From: a virus
Taxonomy: Duplodnaviria; Caudoviricetes
Virus record (IMG/VR): IMGVR_UViG_3300043414_001004
Location: 1-50,842 of that record
Reading direction: 5' to 3' (one strand)
DNA: 50,842 nucleotides
Of the stretch, positions 20,082-28,702 are shown one piece after another. A program made the position numbers and the translations under genes. Each line of letters opens with the position of its first letter. The first letter of the stretch is position 1. A model generated the notes under the pieces. That model saw nothing but the letters and a program-made list of their open reading frames with translations, made no database searches and had not been told where the DNA came from.

Positions 20082-20519
20082 TTAGGCAATCCGGATAATC
20101 GCATTTGTCGCGTCGTTAGTGGGGAAAATGATGGTAAAGGTGCCGCCAGTAGAGCTTTTTGCACCACCAAAGTCCAGTACGCAGACGGTAGGTGTGCCTG
20201 CGGCCGAGCTGTTGTAAATCAGCGCACCAAACGCAGTGATGGTTGCACTTGTGAATGACAGGTCAGCAAAGTCCGTAAAGGCAGTTGTGCCGGTGGACGT
20301 GGGCGTGACGTTGGTCAAAATACCGCCACCTGCCGTGTAGGAACCTGAGTTAGGCACTTCGTTGGTGGCAGTGTACGCAGTGGTTGCGGCCGTAAAAGCC
20401 GCAGTGTTGTTGTACAACGCCAGTTTAAAAGTGTTGCCAGTGCTCGTCGTAAAGTTGTGCACTGCGCGCATCAGCTCAACTTTGAAGCTGGTGCACATAA
20501 AGTTACCTGTAAACGCCAT
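20082..20519 (-). CDS. conserved virion structural protein
   Basis: MAFTGNFMCTSFKVEL...FKLALY...VLDFGGAKSS...AIIRIA. Confidence 0.7.
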   Translation of the reverse strand: MAFTGNFMCTSFKVELMRAVHNFTTSTGNTFKLALYNNTAAFTAATTAYTATNEVPNSGSYTAGGGILTNVTPTSTGTTAFTDFADLSFTSATITAFGALIYNSSAAGTPTVCVLDFGGAKSSTGGTFTIIFPTNDATNAIIRIA

Positions 20520-20521
20520 TT

Positions 20522-20809
20522 TTAATCTCCTAGTAAATGAACCAGTTCGGGGTGACCTGCTTTGTGAAGCTTGGCCGCAATTGTCGCCCTGTCCTGCTCG
20601 ACGGCCTCCCGCAAATAAAACGCTACAACGTGTGTAACGTTTTCTTTGAATGCCCTGGCTTGCGCCTGAATTGCCGGATGGGACTGGTCTCCAACATAAA
20701 TAATCTTATCCGCAGCGCGAACGGCCAGTTCTTGGGGGGTCCAGCCGCGATCCTGCGTCGTCTCAACAAAAACACTGCCCATAGAGGCTTGAACAAGAGG
20801 GGTGATCAT
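20522..20809 (-). CDS. conserved hypothetical protein
   Basis: RGWTPQELA...HPAIQAQARAFK; coupled to neighbouring genes. Confidence 0.65.
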   Translation of the reverse strand: MITPLVQASMGSVFVETTQDRGWTPQELAVRAADKIIYVGDQSHPAIQAQARAFKENVTHVVAFYLREAVEQDRATIAAKLHKAGHPELVHLLGD

Positions 20810-21465
20810 GGTCCTGGTGACTCCGATTTAAGTGGAATACGAAGCATACCATCTCGGTATTCATCACGACGACGACGGCCCTGTTGCTCAGCACCCAGGC
20901 CTTGAATGGCTTCTTTGTAGGCCGCACGGAAATACTGCATCATTTCCGCTGGGCCCTTGGTGTAGCTGTAAGCTTGAATCAAGCATGCGTAAAGCAGCGC
21001 CTCAGGGGCATTGATACTGATCCACGTTGTCTGGTTTGTGGACGACAGCTGTGCGGGCCGGTAAATGTATCCCAGCTCTACGCTGTAGTTTTGATCTGGC
21101 GTAGGCGCAATGTAAAACGTGTTCTGGTCCCACACTGAATAGTATTTTGGAGTCCCTTGAGTGCTGCCGTTGGGCCAGTACTCCTTCATGAACGACGTAT
21201 CTCTGAAGTCCAAGAACAACTGCTCGCCGCTGGCAGGCGTCAAGATCATGTAGCGATGCGTGAGAAGGTCGGTCGGAGCAGTCAGGAACTTGTTGCCCTG
21301 GGTCATGTTTCCCGTGGCTTCCAACTTAAACACATCCAAGTCAATCTCGCGAAGAATCTGGTTCTCCGCCATGGTGATGAACACGTTAATCACTGAGTCA
21401 GTGAAGACGTTGCTCCCCACTTCAGTGTAGTTGCGGATGTTGGTGACAAGTTCGTTGTAGTTCAT
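20806..21465 (-). CDS. head-tail adaptor (tail tubular protein A-like)
   Basis: MNYNELVTNIRNYTE...GTPKYY...APTPD..Y.VEL.Y...ALLYACL. Confidence 0.75.
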   Translation of the reverse strand: MNYNELVTNIRNYTEVGSNVFTDSVINVFITMAENQILREIDLDVFKLEATGNMTQGNKFLTAPTDLLTHRYMILTPASGEQLFLDFRDTSFMKEYWPNGSTQGTPKYYSVWDQNTFYIAPTPDQNYSVELGYIYRPAQLSSTNQTTWISINAPEALLYACLIQAYSYTKGPAEMMQYFRAAYKEAIQGLGAEQQGRRRRDEYRDGMLRIPLKSESPGP

Positions 21466-21812
21466 GTGATGCTCACGGTCACTTTTCCGACAACACCTTG
21501 CGCGATGAGTGCCTGGTCTTGTATGTACGGTTGCATGTTTGTTCCACCGCGCACGCTGCCGTAGCTTTGAAAAAATGTAAAGCCTGGCGCGCCGACAAAA
21601 ACGGATACGGGCTCAATACGATCGGGGCGCGGATCGCGCAGGGCAGTGGCATCGCCGCTGTAGCGCAGGGGCTCGAGTTGGGGCTCTTTGGGCTCGTAGT
21701 CGTCCGGACATACCATGAACCCCCGCCAGTTTTTGCGCAGGGTGTTGTACGGGTAGCGCTGACCACAGTAGTCGCACAGCCCGTTGGAGTATTTTCCTGA
21801 CGCAAAGGCCAT
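21462..21812 (-). CDS. Zn-finger-like conserved protein
   Basis: CDYCG...VCPDDYEPKEPQ...LRDPRPD. Confidence 0.65.
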   Translation of the reverse strand: MAFASGKYSNGLCDYCGQRYPYNTLRKNWRGFMVCPDDYEPKEPQLEPLRYSGDATALRDPRPDRIEPVSVFVGAPGFTFFQSYGSVRGGTNMQPYIQDQALIAQGVVGKVTVSIT

Positions 21813-21813
21813 G

Positions 21814-22479
21814 TCATACCCCCATGTCCGGCACAAACTGCACGCTGGCGGTGTCTCTGTCTTCCATTGCAGCGCGCTGGAAGTCTTCCTCGTAAATGGC
21901 CTTCAGCGCTGCAGCTCGGTCAGGCGCAAATTTGAGGGCCAAATAGTAAGCCAGGCCCGAAGCCAGGCAGGGTAAGAACCTGAAGTTTACGTCAGCCGTG
22001 TTGGTGTAACCGCCTGCATCTTGGATGCGTCGGATACGGTAATACACAAACGTGTATCCTGCCGCTGGGGCAGGGTAAAAATAGACCTTGGGGATGTTGG
22101 TACGCTCAACATAAAACTGCGCAGGGCGGGCCTGCGTCGTCTTGTCGGGCACGTTGAGCCAGTCTTCACGACTAATGCGCTCAATGTACACATCCGTGTT
22201 GGTGCCCTGGTCATTTTGGCGAATGACCGCCTCAAGCACGTTGACAACAGAGGCATCCAAAGCGATCTCGTTGACGCCAGCGGTCAACGGGAAAGTGGCC
22301 TGCTCAATTGTCCACAGGTTCAGCCCGCGATTGGCCCAGTCAAGGAAAAGCAAGTTGAGCGAGCGGCGTGCCGAGGTGAGCTGGTACCCACTGGTCGGCC
22401 GCATGCCGCAGCGCTCAAACGATTCCTCAACCAGGTCGTCAATCGACAGGTTGAACGTGGTTGTGCCTGATGTGGCCAT
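21814..22479 (-). CDS. head-tail connector/adaptor (P22 gp4-like)
   Basis: MATSGTTTFNL...ARRSLNLLF.DWANRGLNLWT...RFLPCLASGLAYYLA...YEEDFQRA..ED. Confidence 0.75.
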   Translation of the reverse strand: MATSGTTTFNLSIDDLVEESFERCGMRPTSGYQLTSARRSLNLLFLDWANRGLNLWTIEQATFPLTAGVNEIALDASVVNVLEAVIRQNDQGTNTDVYIERISREDWLNVPDKTTQARPAQFYVERTNIPKVYFYPAPAAGYTFVYYRIRRIQDAGGYTNTADVNFRFLPCLASGLAYYLALKFAPDRAAALKAIYEEDFQRAAMEDRDTASVQFVPDMGV

Positions 22480-22686
22480 TTAGCAGGCTGCCCCACCCTT
22501 TTTATAGGGCTTAGCCATCATCATGCCGCCACCCATCTTGCCCATAGGCTTTTTCTTGGCCATACCGCCAGTTTTCATCTTGGGGACGCCTGTGCTTTGA
22601 CTCGGCGCAGACATTACCTTGTTTTTTGCGCCGCTTTCAATAGCACCGCCGCCACGAGTGGCGCAACCCATACCTTTTCCAGCCAT
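22480..22686 (-). CDS. small Lys/Met/Gly-rich basic protein
   Basis: 68 aa with MKTGG and YKKGG motifs; GGAG RBS. Confidence 0.6.
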   Translation of the reverse strand: MAGKGMGCATRGGGAIESGAKNKVMSAPSQSTGVPKMKTGGMAKKKPMGKMGGGMMMAKPYKKGGAAC

Positions 22687-22687
22687 A

Positions 22688-22870
22688 TCAAGCTCCTTTT
22701 TTCATTGCACGGCCCTTGACGTCGGCCGTTTTACGAGAAACAGCCCGACCCATCTTGTCCGAAGAGGACTTCATGGCCATGCCACCTTTTTTCATTTTGC
22801 CCATGCCATCGGCCGCAAAAGCAGGCACTGATTTGCCGTCTTTTTTGACCATTTTCATTGCTGCTTTCAT
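22688..22870 (-). CDS. small Lys/Met-rich basic protein
   Basis: 60 aa with VPAFAADG.GKMKKGG. Confidence 0.6.
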   Translation of the reverse strand: MKAAMKMVKKDGKSVPAFAADGMGKMKKGGMAMKSSSDKMGRAVSRKTADVKGRAMKKGA

Positions 22871-23118
22871 GCTGTCCGTCCTTTTTGCATGTCATCGAGC
22901 TTCTGCTCAATGCGGTTGAATCTCTGGTCCATGTGAGTGACGAGTTTCTCGACTCGGTCATCCACTTCCTTGCGCGTAATGTGGTCCCTGGCAACTTCTT
23001 CGCGAGTACGGTTCAACAAAATGCTGATGCGATCAAGCTCGTCAAACCTACTTTTGAGTAAAAACCCCATGACCCCCACGACGGCCGTTAAAACAACGTT
23101 CCATACCATCATCTCCAC
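22867..23118 (-). CDS. TM plus coiled-coil protein (holin-like)
   Basis: GTG start after AGGAG; N-terminal TM helix, then ILLNRTREE...RFNRIEQKLD. Confidence 0.55.
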   Translation of the reverse strand: MEMMVWNVVLTAVVGVMGFLLKSRFDELDRISILLNRTREEVARDHITRKEVDDRVEKLVTHMDQRFNRIEQKLDDMQKGRTA

Positions 23119-23131
23119 GTTAATGCTCCTA

Positions 23132-23437
23132 TTAGACGGGTGAGCCGCCTTCAAATATCAACGTGACACTCAGTACGTTAGCACTGAATTCCAGGTAGAC
23201 GCATTGAGTGAATAACAGGCCTAAATCAGGGATTATGATGTCGTACGCACCGGCCGCAGCCGGTGTGTAAATGGTGGTTTGGGCAACGCCCGCCCCTGTT
23301 GTATTATTGTGCAAATGAATCACAGAAGCGGTGTTATTACATGTGTAATAAATACCGATCACGCGCGTTCTTCCGGAGATGGCAAGGGCAGTCGTTGCCC
23401 CGGCCTTGGTTACCGTCCGTAAATTGCTGGCGCTCAT
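23132..23437 (-). CDS. small beta-rich virion protein
   Basis: 101 aa, GRTRVIGIYY...IIIPD.G.LF motif. Confidence 0.6.
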   Translation of the reverse strand: MSASNLRTVTKAGATTALAISGRTRVIGIYYTCNNTASVIHLHNNTTGAGVAQTTIYTPAAAGAYDIIIPDLGLLFTQCVYLEFSANVLSVTLIFEGGSPV

Positions 23438-23449
23438 GGCAAGCTCCTG

Positions 23450-23782
23450 TTAAGCCGCCATGACGATCACGCCATAGGTGGCCGCAGCAGGGTCAATGGC
23501 ACCTGCGGTGATGTTGGATGCGCGAATGGTGACAGTGTTGGCCGCCGAAACAAACGCGTTAAAGACGATGCCAGCTGTGGGTGCGGCAGGCAACGCCAAA
23601 ACCACCTGATTACCTACGGCAGCGCCGGTGACGGTGATAGTCAGGTCAGCCTGGCTTACAGCGGCAATCGAGGGAAAATTCAGGGAAGCGGAGCCGGAAA
23701 GCAGCTTGGTGATGGTGCTGCCGTCGCCAGTAATAAAGCCGTTAAGGGATCGTACTGGGCCGGAGAAGGTGGTCAAAGACAT
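23450..23782 (-). CDS. capsid-associated/decoration protein
   Basis: MSLTTFSGPVRS.NGF N-terminus; GAGG RBS; downstream of the capsid gene. Confidence 0.6.
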   Translation of the reverse strand: MSLTTFSGPVRSLNGFITGDGSTITKLLSGSASLNFPSIAAVSQADLTITVTGAAVGNQVVLALPAAPTAGIVFNAFVSAANTVTIRASNITAGAIDPAAATYGVIVMAA

Positions 23783-23866
23783 GGTATTTTCCTCATGCGG
23801 TTGAGGCGTATCTGTCTGCATGACGTCGGCCCGGAGCCGTCAGATACACCGGATAAGTCCGGGAGT
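23783..23866 (-). promoter_or_regulatory. structured 5' leader RNA (possible pseudoknot or switch)
   Basis: Stems CCGGA/TCCGG, GTATCTG/CAGATAC and CGGC/GCCG, plus CCTCA/TGAGG over the RBS. TCATGC can pair alternatively with GCATGA. Confidence 0.5.
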
Positions 23867-23872
23867 AAGGGC

Positions 23873-23901
23873 AATATATCACTGTTTTTATGAGGGTGCA
23901 A
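23873..23901 (-). promoter_or_regulatory. sigma70-type promoter
   Basis: TTGCAC-17 bp-TATATT with a TG extended -10. Confidence 0.65.
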
Positions 23902-23906
23902 TAAAT

Positions 23907-23938
23907 AAAAAGCCCCGTCGCCTTGTGAGCAACGGGGC
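23907..23938 (-). terminator. rho-independent terminator
   Basis: GCCCCGT stem followed by a T run on the minus strand. Confidence 0.75.
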
Positions 23939-23953
23939 CCAGTATGCTACCGA

Positions 23954-24589
23954 TTAGGCAGCAATGCGACCACGAGTGGCGGCGGCAAGCCCAACAGGAG
24001 TCAGGCCACCAGTAACCATCATGAACTGCGTTTGCAGCATCGCGTATTGGTCACGAACGTTTTGCGCGTCGATGGCAAGCACGAGCGCTTTTTGTTCGCA
24101 GCAGCACTCAGCAAGCTGCTTGGCCAGCGCCGCCTGGTTCTGAGCAGCAAACAAAATCGCCGCAGAGGCGTTTGAGTTTGCGTACATCATTGCAGCCTGC
24201 TGGTTGTTGGCGGCAAGGGCAAACGATGCTGCGGCATTGCGATCGGCTTGTGCTTCGGAGGCCGCAGCAGCCAAGGCAATTTGCAGATGCAGTGCAGCAG
24301 CGTTCTTGGCGGACTCCAAGATGTTGGCAGCGCCGATCTTTTCGGTTGCCAAGCTGTTTGCAGCACTGGCCACGTAAGTGGCCAACACGCCCGCAGCGCC
24401 CGTCTTTTCAACAGCTACGCTAGTTGCAGCAATCGCTTCAAGCAAGTCACGAGTCTGCTCGTTGCCGTCAATGTTTGCAGCAAACATCTGGTCTTTGTCG
24501 CTGATCCCAGGGTTCATGTAATAGCCGTGGTTGTCGTGCCCATTGGTAAAGCCGACGACGGCGGGGGTTCCAGTAACGATTTCGGACAT
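23954..24589 (-). CDS. Ala-rich coiled-coil protein with ECCCE motif
   Basis: Start MSEIVTG after a GAAAGGG RBS; 211 aa; QLAECCCEQK. Flanked by terminators. Confidence 0.7.
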   Translation of the reverse strand: MSEIVTGTPAVVGFTNGHDNHGYYMNPGISDKDQMFAANIDGNEQTRDLLEAIAATSVAVEKTGAAGVLATYVASAANSLATEKIGAANILESAKNAAALHLQIALAAAASEAQADRNAAASFALAANNQQAAMMYANSNASAAILFAAQNQAALAKQLAECCCEQKALVLAIDAQNVRDQYAMLQTQFMMVTGGLTPVGLAAATRGRIAA

Positions 24590-24699
24590 TGCATGCCCTT
24601 TCAATGCCGTGAGAGCCACGGCGAGATGCCACCAAAGCAGTGGCTCACTCAGTTTATGCAGTGGGCCAAGTAGTTCTGCGCGCTACCGCACATACAAAC

Positions 24700-24726
24700 A
24701 AAAAGGGCTCCCAAAGGAGCCCTTTT
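24700..24726 (-). terminator. rho-independent terminator after the capsid gene
   Basis: AAAAGGGCTCC/GGAGCCCTTTT hairpin. Confidence 0.85.
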
Positions 24727-24741
24727 ATTTGCCCTAATTGC

Positions 24742-25647
24742 TTAGGAGCCTGGCGAGCCGAAGATGCCGCGTGGGTCACTGAAGCCGAAGCTGTAACGTT
24801 CACGGGCCTTGTAGCGCACGTTGCCGGTGTCGAAGTCACCTTCAAAACCGGTCTTCAGGGACACGCGCTCGAACATTTTCATGCCGTTAGGAGCGTCTGT
24901 CTTGATGAAGAACGCATCTGGGTCGGTCAAGAAGTTGTTGACGGTGTAGCCTTGAGAGACCATGCCCATGTTCTTGATCGCGTTGATGTCGTTGTCCGCA
25001 GTGCCCACACGCAGTGTGGACTTGAGGATACGGTCAGCCGTGAACTGCAACTCTTTGGGGATGATCAGCTTCAAGCCCTGCACAGCGATCTTCAAACCGC
25101 GTTCATCGGTGAACGCTTGGATGTCGATCAGAGCTTGTTCCAAGGAGGTCTCGGACAAGTCAGCAGGTGTTGCCAATGTGTTGGACAGGTTAGGACCCGA
25201 CAGTGTGGGGTGCGCAGTAGAGCACAGAACCACGCCGTCGCCACCAATGGAGGTGGTGAAAGCGCCGTTCAGAACTGCTGCGGCCTTGATCTGCTTGGTC
25301 TGAGCCATCGAACGGGCCAGGGCCTTGGTGTAGCGGGCCGACAGACGGTCGTAGAGGTTGTCCTCAACGGCTTCTTCAGTCAGCGAGAACGCCAAAGCGA
25401 TGGTTTCGTGGGTGTAACGAGCTGTGTAGACTTCTTGTGCTTGGTCGTACGAAACGCCAGCGCCTTCGGTCTTCACAGGGGCTTCACCAAAACCAGATTC
25501 CATCACTTCCTCTTCGAACGCGCGGTCCGAAGATTCAACGGTGTAAATCTGAGTGTGTTGGTTCTCGTAGTTCTTGTACTCAAGGCCGAACAGGGCGTTG
25601 AGACCTGGCTCAAGTTCCTTGACCAGTTGTGCGCGTGAAATTGCCAT
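24742..25647 (-). CDS. major capsid protein
   Basis: MAISRAQLVKELEPGLNALFGLEY...DFDTGNVRYKARERYSFG.SDPRGIFGSPG. Strong codon bias; followed by a terminator. Confidence 0.92.
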   Translation of the reverse strand: MAISRAQLVKELEPGLNALFGLEYKNYENQHTQIYTVESSDRAFEEEVMESGFGEAPVKTEGAGVSYDQAQEVYTARYTHETIALAFSLTEEAVEDNLYDRLSARYTKALARSMAQTKQIKAAAVLNGAFTTSIGGDGVVLCSTAHPTLSGPNLSNTLATPADLSETSLEQALIDIQAFTDERGLKIAVQGLKLIIPKELQFTADRILKSTLRVGTADNDINAIKNMGMVSQGYTVNNFLTDPDAFFIKTDAPNGMKMFERVSLKTGFEGDFDTGNVRYKARERYSFGFSDPRGIFGSPGS

Positions 25648-25649
25648 GA

Positions 25650-26231
25650 TTAAGCTCCTTGACCAGCAACACCGGCGCTGCCGTACAGGTGTTCGTTAAT
25701 TTTTACCACCAGCACAGCAAACTCACCGAACGAATTGCCCGGTACGTTGTACAAGCCGATGACTTTCAGGTTCAGCGCAGCTGTTTTTGCCAGGGTACCC
25801 GCGTTCAGCTCCATGGTGGACACACCAGTAGTGGTGCTGCCGCCAGTGCCGATAACGTCGGCGTTGAAGCCGATCTGGGTTTGTGCCACAGCTGCATCAG
25901 CCTGGATCAGGAACATCTGAGCTGGATCGTCGATCACGTCAGCAATGATCTTGCCGGATGTGATGTTGACAGAACCAGGGTAGTAGTTCTTCCAGGTGGG
26001 CTTACCTGTAGTGGGGTCGATGTACTGGCAACCGTTGAAGACGCCGACGGCGGCTGTGTGGGTTGCAGGTGCAAACTTGACCAAGTAGCCATCATAGATG
26101 GTGACGAGGTCGCCTTGGAAAATTGCTCCGGACTGGTTATCCGCAATTTCGTAGCCGTACTGAGCTTGAGCACCAGTGGCCGAGAGATTGCCGATAGGAC
26201 GCAGACCAAAGGCTTTATCAACGTTAGCCAT
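25650..26231 (-). CDS. capsid cement/decoration protein
   Basis: MANVDKAFGLRP...IFQGDLV...GVFNGCQY.DPTTGKP; immediately upstream of the capsid gene. Confidence 0.7.
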   Translation of the reverse strand: MANVDKAFGLRPIGNLSATGAQAQYGYEIADNQSGAIFQGDLVTIYDGYLVKFAPATHTAAVGVFNGCQYIDPTTGKPTWKNYYPGSVNITSGKIIADVIDDPAQMFLIQADAAVAQTQIGFNADVIGTGGSTTTGVSTMELNAGTLAKTAALNLKVIGLYNVPGNSFGEFAVLVVKINEHLYGSAGVAGQGA

Positions 26232-26260
26232 TTGTCATTCCTTAAAAAAGTTGGATTCCG

Positions 26261-26740
26261 TCAGCCCTTGTTAAGGCCGCCGAAAGAGACGCGGGACTGG
26301 CGAGTCGGACGCTGAATAGTCATGCTGTTGTGAGCATTGGCCTTCATCAGTTCGTTATCAGCCGCCTGCAATTGGTCGTTCGCTCTGTCGCGGTAATACG
26401 CATTGCGCTCTGCAACTGTTTCTTCTGGAATACGGGCTAGAAGAAGACCTCCCACGCTGATCACGCCAGCATGTCGGCCATCGTCTACTGTTGGGACGTG
26501 GTAATCGGGGTACTCGTCCCCACGAACCAGTTCATACCCCTCGCGGAGCTTCCCTGAAATGTTCGTGCGGTCATCATAACCACCGGCTTCCGCTCGAATC
26601 CAACGGTGCTTGTATCCAGGAGGCGCAGGAGGCGCATCCAGTCGTGAAGGAGGTGCCCAAGGCTTGCGTCGCGCATCTTTCTCCCGGGATTCGGCCCCGC
26701 GAGAACTGCGATTGAGAGTGGGTAATTTGACGTCTGACAT
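26261..26740 (-). CDS. conserved head-assembly protein
   Basis: WAPPSRLDAPPAPPGYKHRWIR...LREGYELVR...GGLLLARIP. Confidence 0.7.
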   Translation of the reverse strand: MSDVKLPTLNRSSRGAESREKDARRKPWAPPSRLDAPPAPPGYKHRWIRAEAGGYDDRTNISGKLREGYELVRGDEYPDYHVPTVDDGRHAGVISVGGLLLARIPEETVAERNAYYRDRANDQLQAADNELMKANAHNSMTIQRPTRQSRVSFGGLNKG

Positions 26741-26744
26741 GGTT

Positions 26745-27671
26745 TTAATCCTTTACGTACTTGGCATATTCCTCAAGAGGAACACCCAGCTTTTTGGCAA
26801 TTGCAACTTGACTTGGTGTCAATTTGACAGTGCGGCGTGCGTTGTTAATACCCGAAGACCGGGATGCAGGTGCCACCGTTTGCACGGATCGGGCGGCTCT
26901 GTTAGTTTGCGCCTGAGACTGACCTCCCAACCGCTGCGGGAAGGTCTGTTTCAAACGTTTGTCAAGCTCATCATAATACTCATCTCCATTCGGGTCAAAT
27001 CCCTCACTTTGAATGAGTTGGCGATGGATGCCCCAAGCGGCATGAGTCATGGCAGTGTCGCGGCCATACCAGGGGTTGCGCTCTGCCCATTCCTCTACGC
27101 GAGGATCGACTTCCTGCGGTGCCGGAGCCTGGGGTTGTTGCACAGGCTGCTGCGCGGCAACCTGCTGCTGGTAGTTCCACTCGTTCTGCTGCTGCTCGCG
27201 CTGCTGCGTAGCCGCAGTGATCTGGCTTTGCTCCAGAGTCAGCGAAGTCAGGCGCTGCTGGGCTTCCGTTTCGGTGTCAATGTCACCTTCTTCACGGGCC
27301 TTGCGGATGATCTGCTTGAGAGCAACCACTTGCGTCTGCACGCGGCCATTGGCCTCGCCCAAGCGCTCGCTGTCTGCGGTCATGTACTGCTGCTCCAGCT
27401 GTGTGGCGCGGGCCTGGACGCTCTTGGCGTAATCCAAGGCTGCCTGCTCACGGCGCTGGGTCTCGCGCAGACGCGCGGTCAGCTTATCAATGCGTTTCTT
27501 GACGCTGTCACTGTACTGCTCCAGCTCGCCTGTAGCGGGCTGCGCAGTAGATTGAGTTTCTACGATCGGCGCTTCTGGCTTGTCCAGCACTTCAGCAGCG
27601 CCGTCCTCCCCAATTGCCACGGTGGCCGAACTCTCGTCCTCACCAACCCTAAATTCCAGTTCATCATTCAT
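26745..27671 (-). CDS. scaffolding protein
   Basis: Acidic N-terminus, long coiled coil, C-terminal VKLTPSQVAIAKKLGVPLEEYAKY. Confidence 0.75.
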   Translation of the reverse strand: MNDELEFRVGEDESSATVAIGEDGAAEVLDKPEAPIVETQSTAQPATGELEQYSDSVKKRIDKLTARLRETQRREQAALDYAKSVQARATQLEQQYMTADSERLGEANGRVQTQVVALKQIIRKAREEGDIDTETEAQQRLTSLTLEQSQITAATQQREQQQNEWNYQQQVAAQQPVQQPQAPAPQEVDPRVEEWAERNPWYGRDTAMTHAAWGIHRQLIQSEGFDPNGDEYYDELDKRLKQTFPQRLGGQSQAQTNRAARSVQTVAPASRSSGINNARRTVKLTPSQVAIAKKLGVPLEEYAKYVKD

Positions 27672-27683
27672 GCGTTTGCTCCT

Positions 27684-28154
27684 TTACATGTGCAGAATAT
27701 CTTCAGGACTGTTCACCACAGCCAACACCTCATCGTCGTTCAACAGACGAATCTCGCCACCGTCGATTGGGATGCGAGCACCGGCGTAGCGGCCAAAAAT
27801 GACCCAGTCGCCTTCCTTGCACCACGCGCCAGTGGGAAATTTTGATGGGTCGCCATAGGCCAGTTCGCCCACTCGCAGGACATAGCCGCACACGGTGCCA
27901 AGCTGCGTCTTGCGTTGGGTTTCTTCAGCCAGCACAATGCCGCCCTTGGACTTTTCAGCGCCACGGTAAGGCAAGATGGCGATACGCCAACCAGATGGTT
28001 TTGGAATGGTGTCAATGACCGCTTGGCTGAGCTTCTCGGGGTCAAACCCCAGCTCGGTGTAGGCGTCTTCAAGGGCGGGCGGCTTGTTGGCTGCCTCCTC
28101 GGCCCACTTGCGCTCTAGGGCGGTCATGTTTACTTCAGGGATTGCGGTTTCCAT
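27684..28154 (-). CDS. groES: co-chaperonin GroES (Cpn10)-like
   Basis: KPSGWRIAILP...KSKGGIVL...G.VL.VGE...WCKEGDWVIFGRYAG..I.IDG.E.RLLNDDEVLA. Confidence 0.85.
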   Translation of the reverse strand: METAIPEVNMTALERKWAEEAANKPPALEDAYTELGFDPEKLSQAVIDTIPKPSGWRIAILPYRGAEKSKGGIVLAEETQRKTQLGTVCGYVLRVGELAYGDPSKFPTGAWCKEGDWVIFGRYAGARIPIDGGEIRLLNDDEVLAVVNSPEDILHM

Positions 28155-28163
28155 AGGCTCCTC

Positions 28164-28370
28164 TCAGGTTGATAAATCGTCAAAGTCATCGTCCGTGATT
28201 TTCTTGAGTAACTCTTTCACGGAATCTTCGACCATTCTCAAACCCTCCAGGCGGCCCATCATGTAGCGGTAACGCTCCATGTCTGTGATGGTTCCATTCA
28301 GGACAATCTGTTTAGACTGTTCCTGAAGTTTCCTGATTTCCTTCAGAACTGCTTCTGCAAATTCAAGCAT
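28164..28370 (-). CDS. conserved small protein
   Basis: MLEFAE...DMERYRYMMGRLEGL. Confidence 0.65.
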   Translation of the reverse strand: MLEFAEAVLKEIRKLQEQSKQIVLNGTITDMERYRYMMGRLEGLRMVEDSVKELLKKITDDDFDDLST

Positions 28371-28429
28371 GGTGATTTCCATGAAAAGCAGGCGGCTCAA
28401 TGCCCCGCCCGATAGCATTCACTGACATT

Positions 28430-28702
28430 TCAGTATATCTTAACTGGACGGTTGCCGTCGCGCTTCTTGACAACCATTGCAGGGCCCTGCACGCCAGCCG
28501 GAGACTTGATCACGTCCCCGCCTTTGGCCATTTTCTTGGTCTTGCCTGCCTTGCTGTAGGCAATGGCAGCGGCCTGCTTGACGGCAGCCGCCTTGCTCTT
28601 GGGCTTGCTGGTGCCAATTGAGCCGCTGTCTTTGAAGTCGCCCACAAGCTCTCCAATGTTGCGGCTGATTGTCTTCTGACTGGAACCCTTTTTAAGCGGC
28701 AT
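28430..28702 (-). CDS. small basic protein
   Basis: MPLKKGSSQKTISRNIGEL...QAAAIAYSKAG...MAKGG; GGAGG RBS. Confidence 0.65.
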   Translation of the reverse strand: MPLKKGSSQKTISRNIGELVGDFKDSGSIGTSKPKSKAAAVKQAAAIAYSKAGKTKKMAKGGDVIKSPAGVQGPAMVVKKRDGNRPVKIY

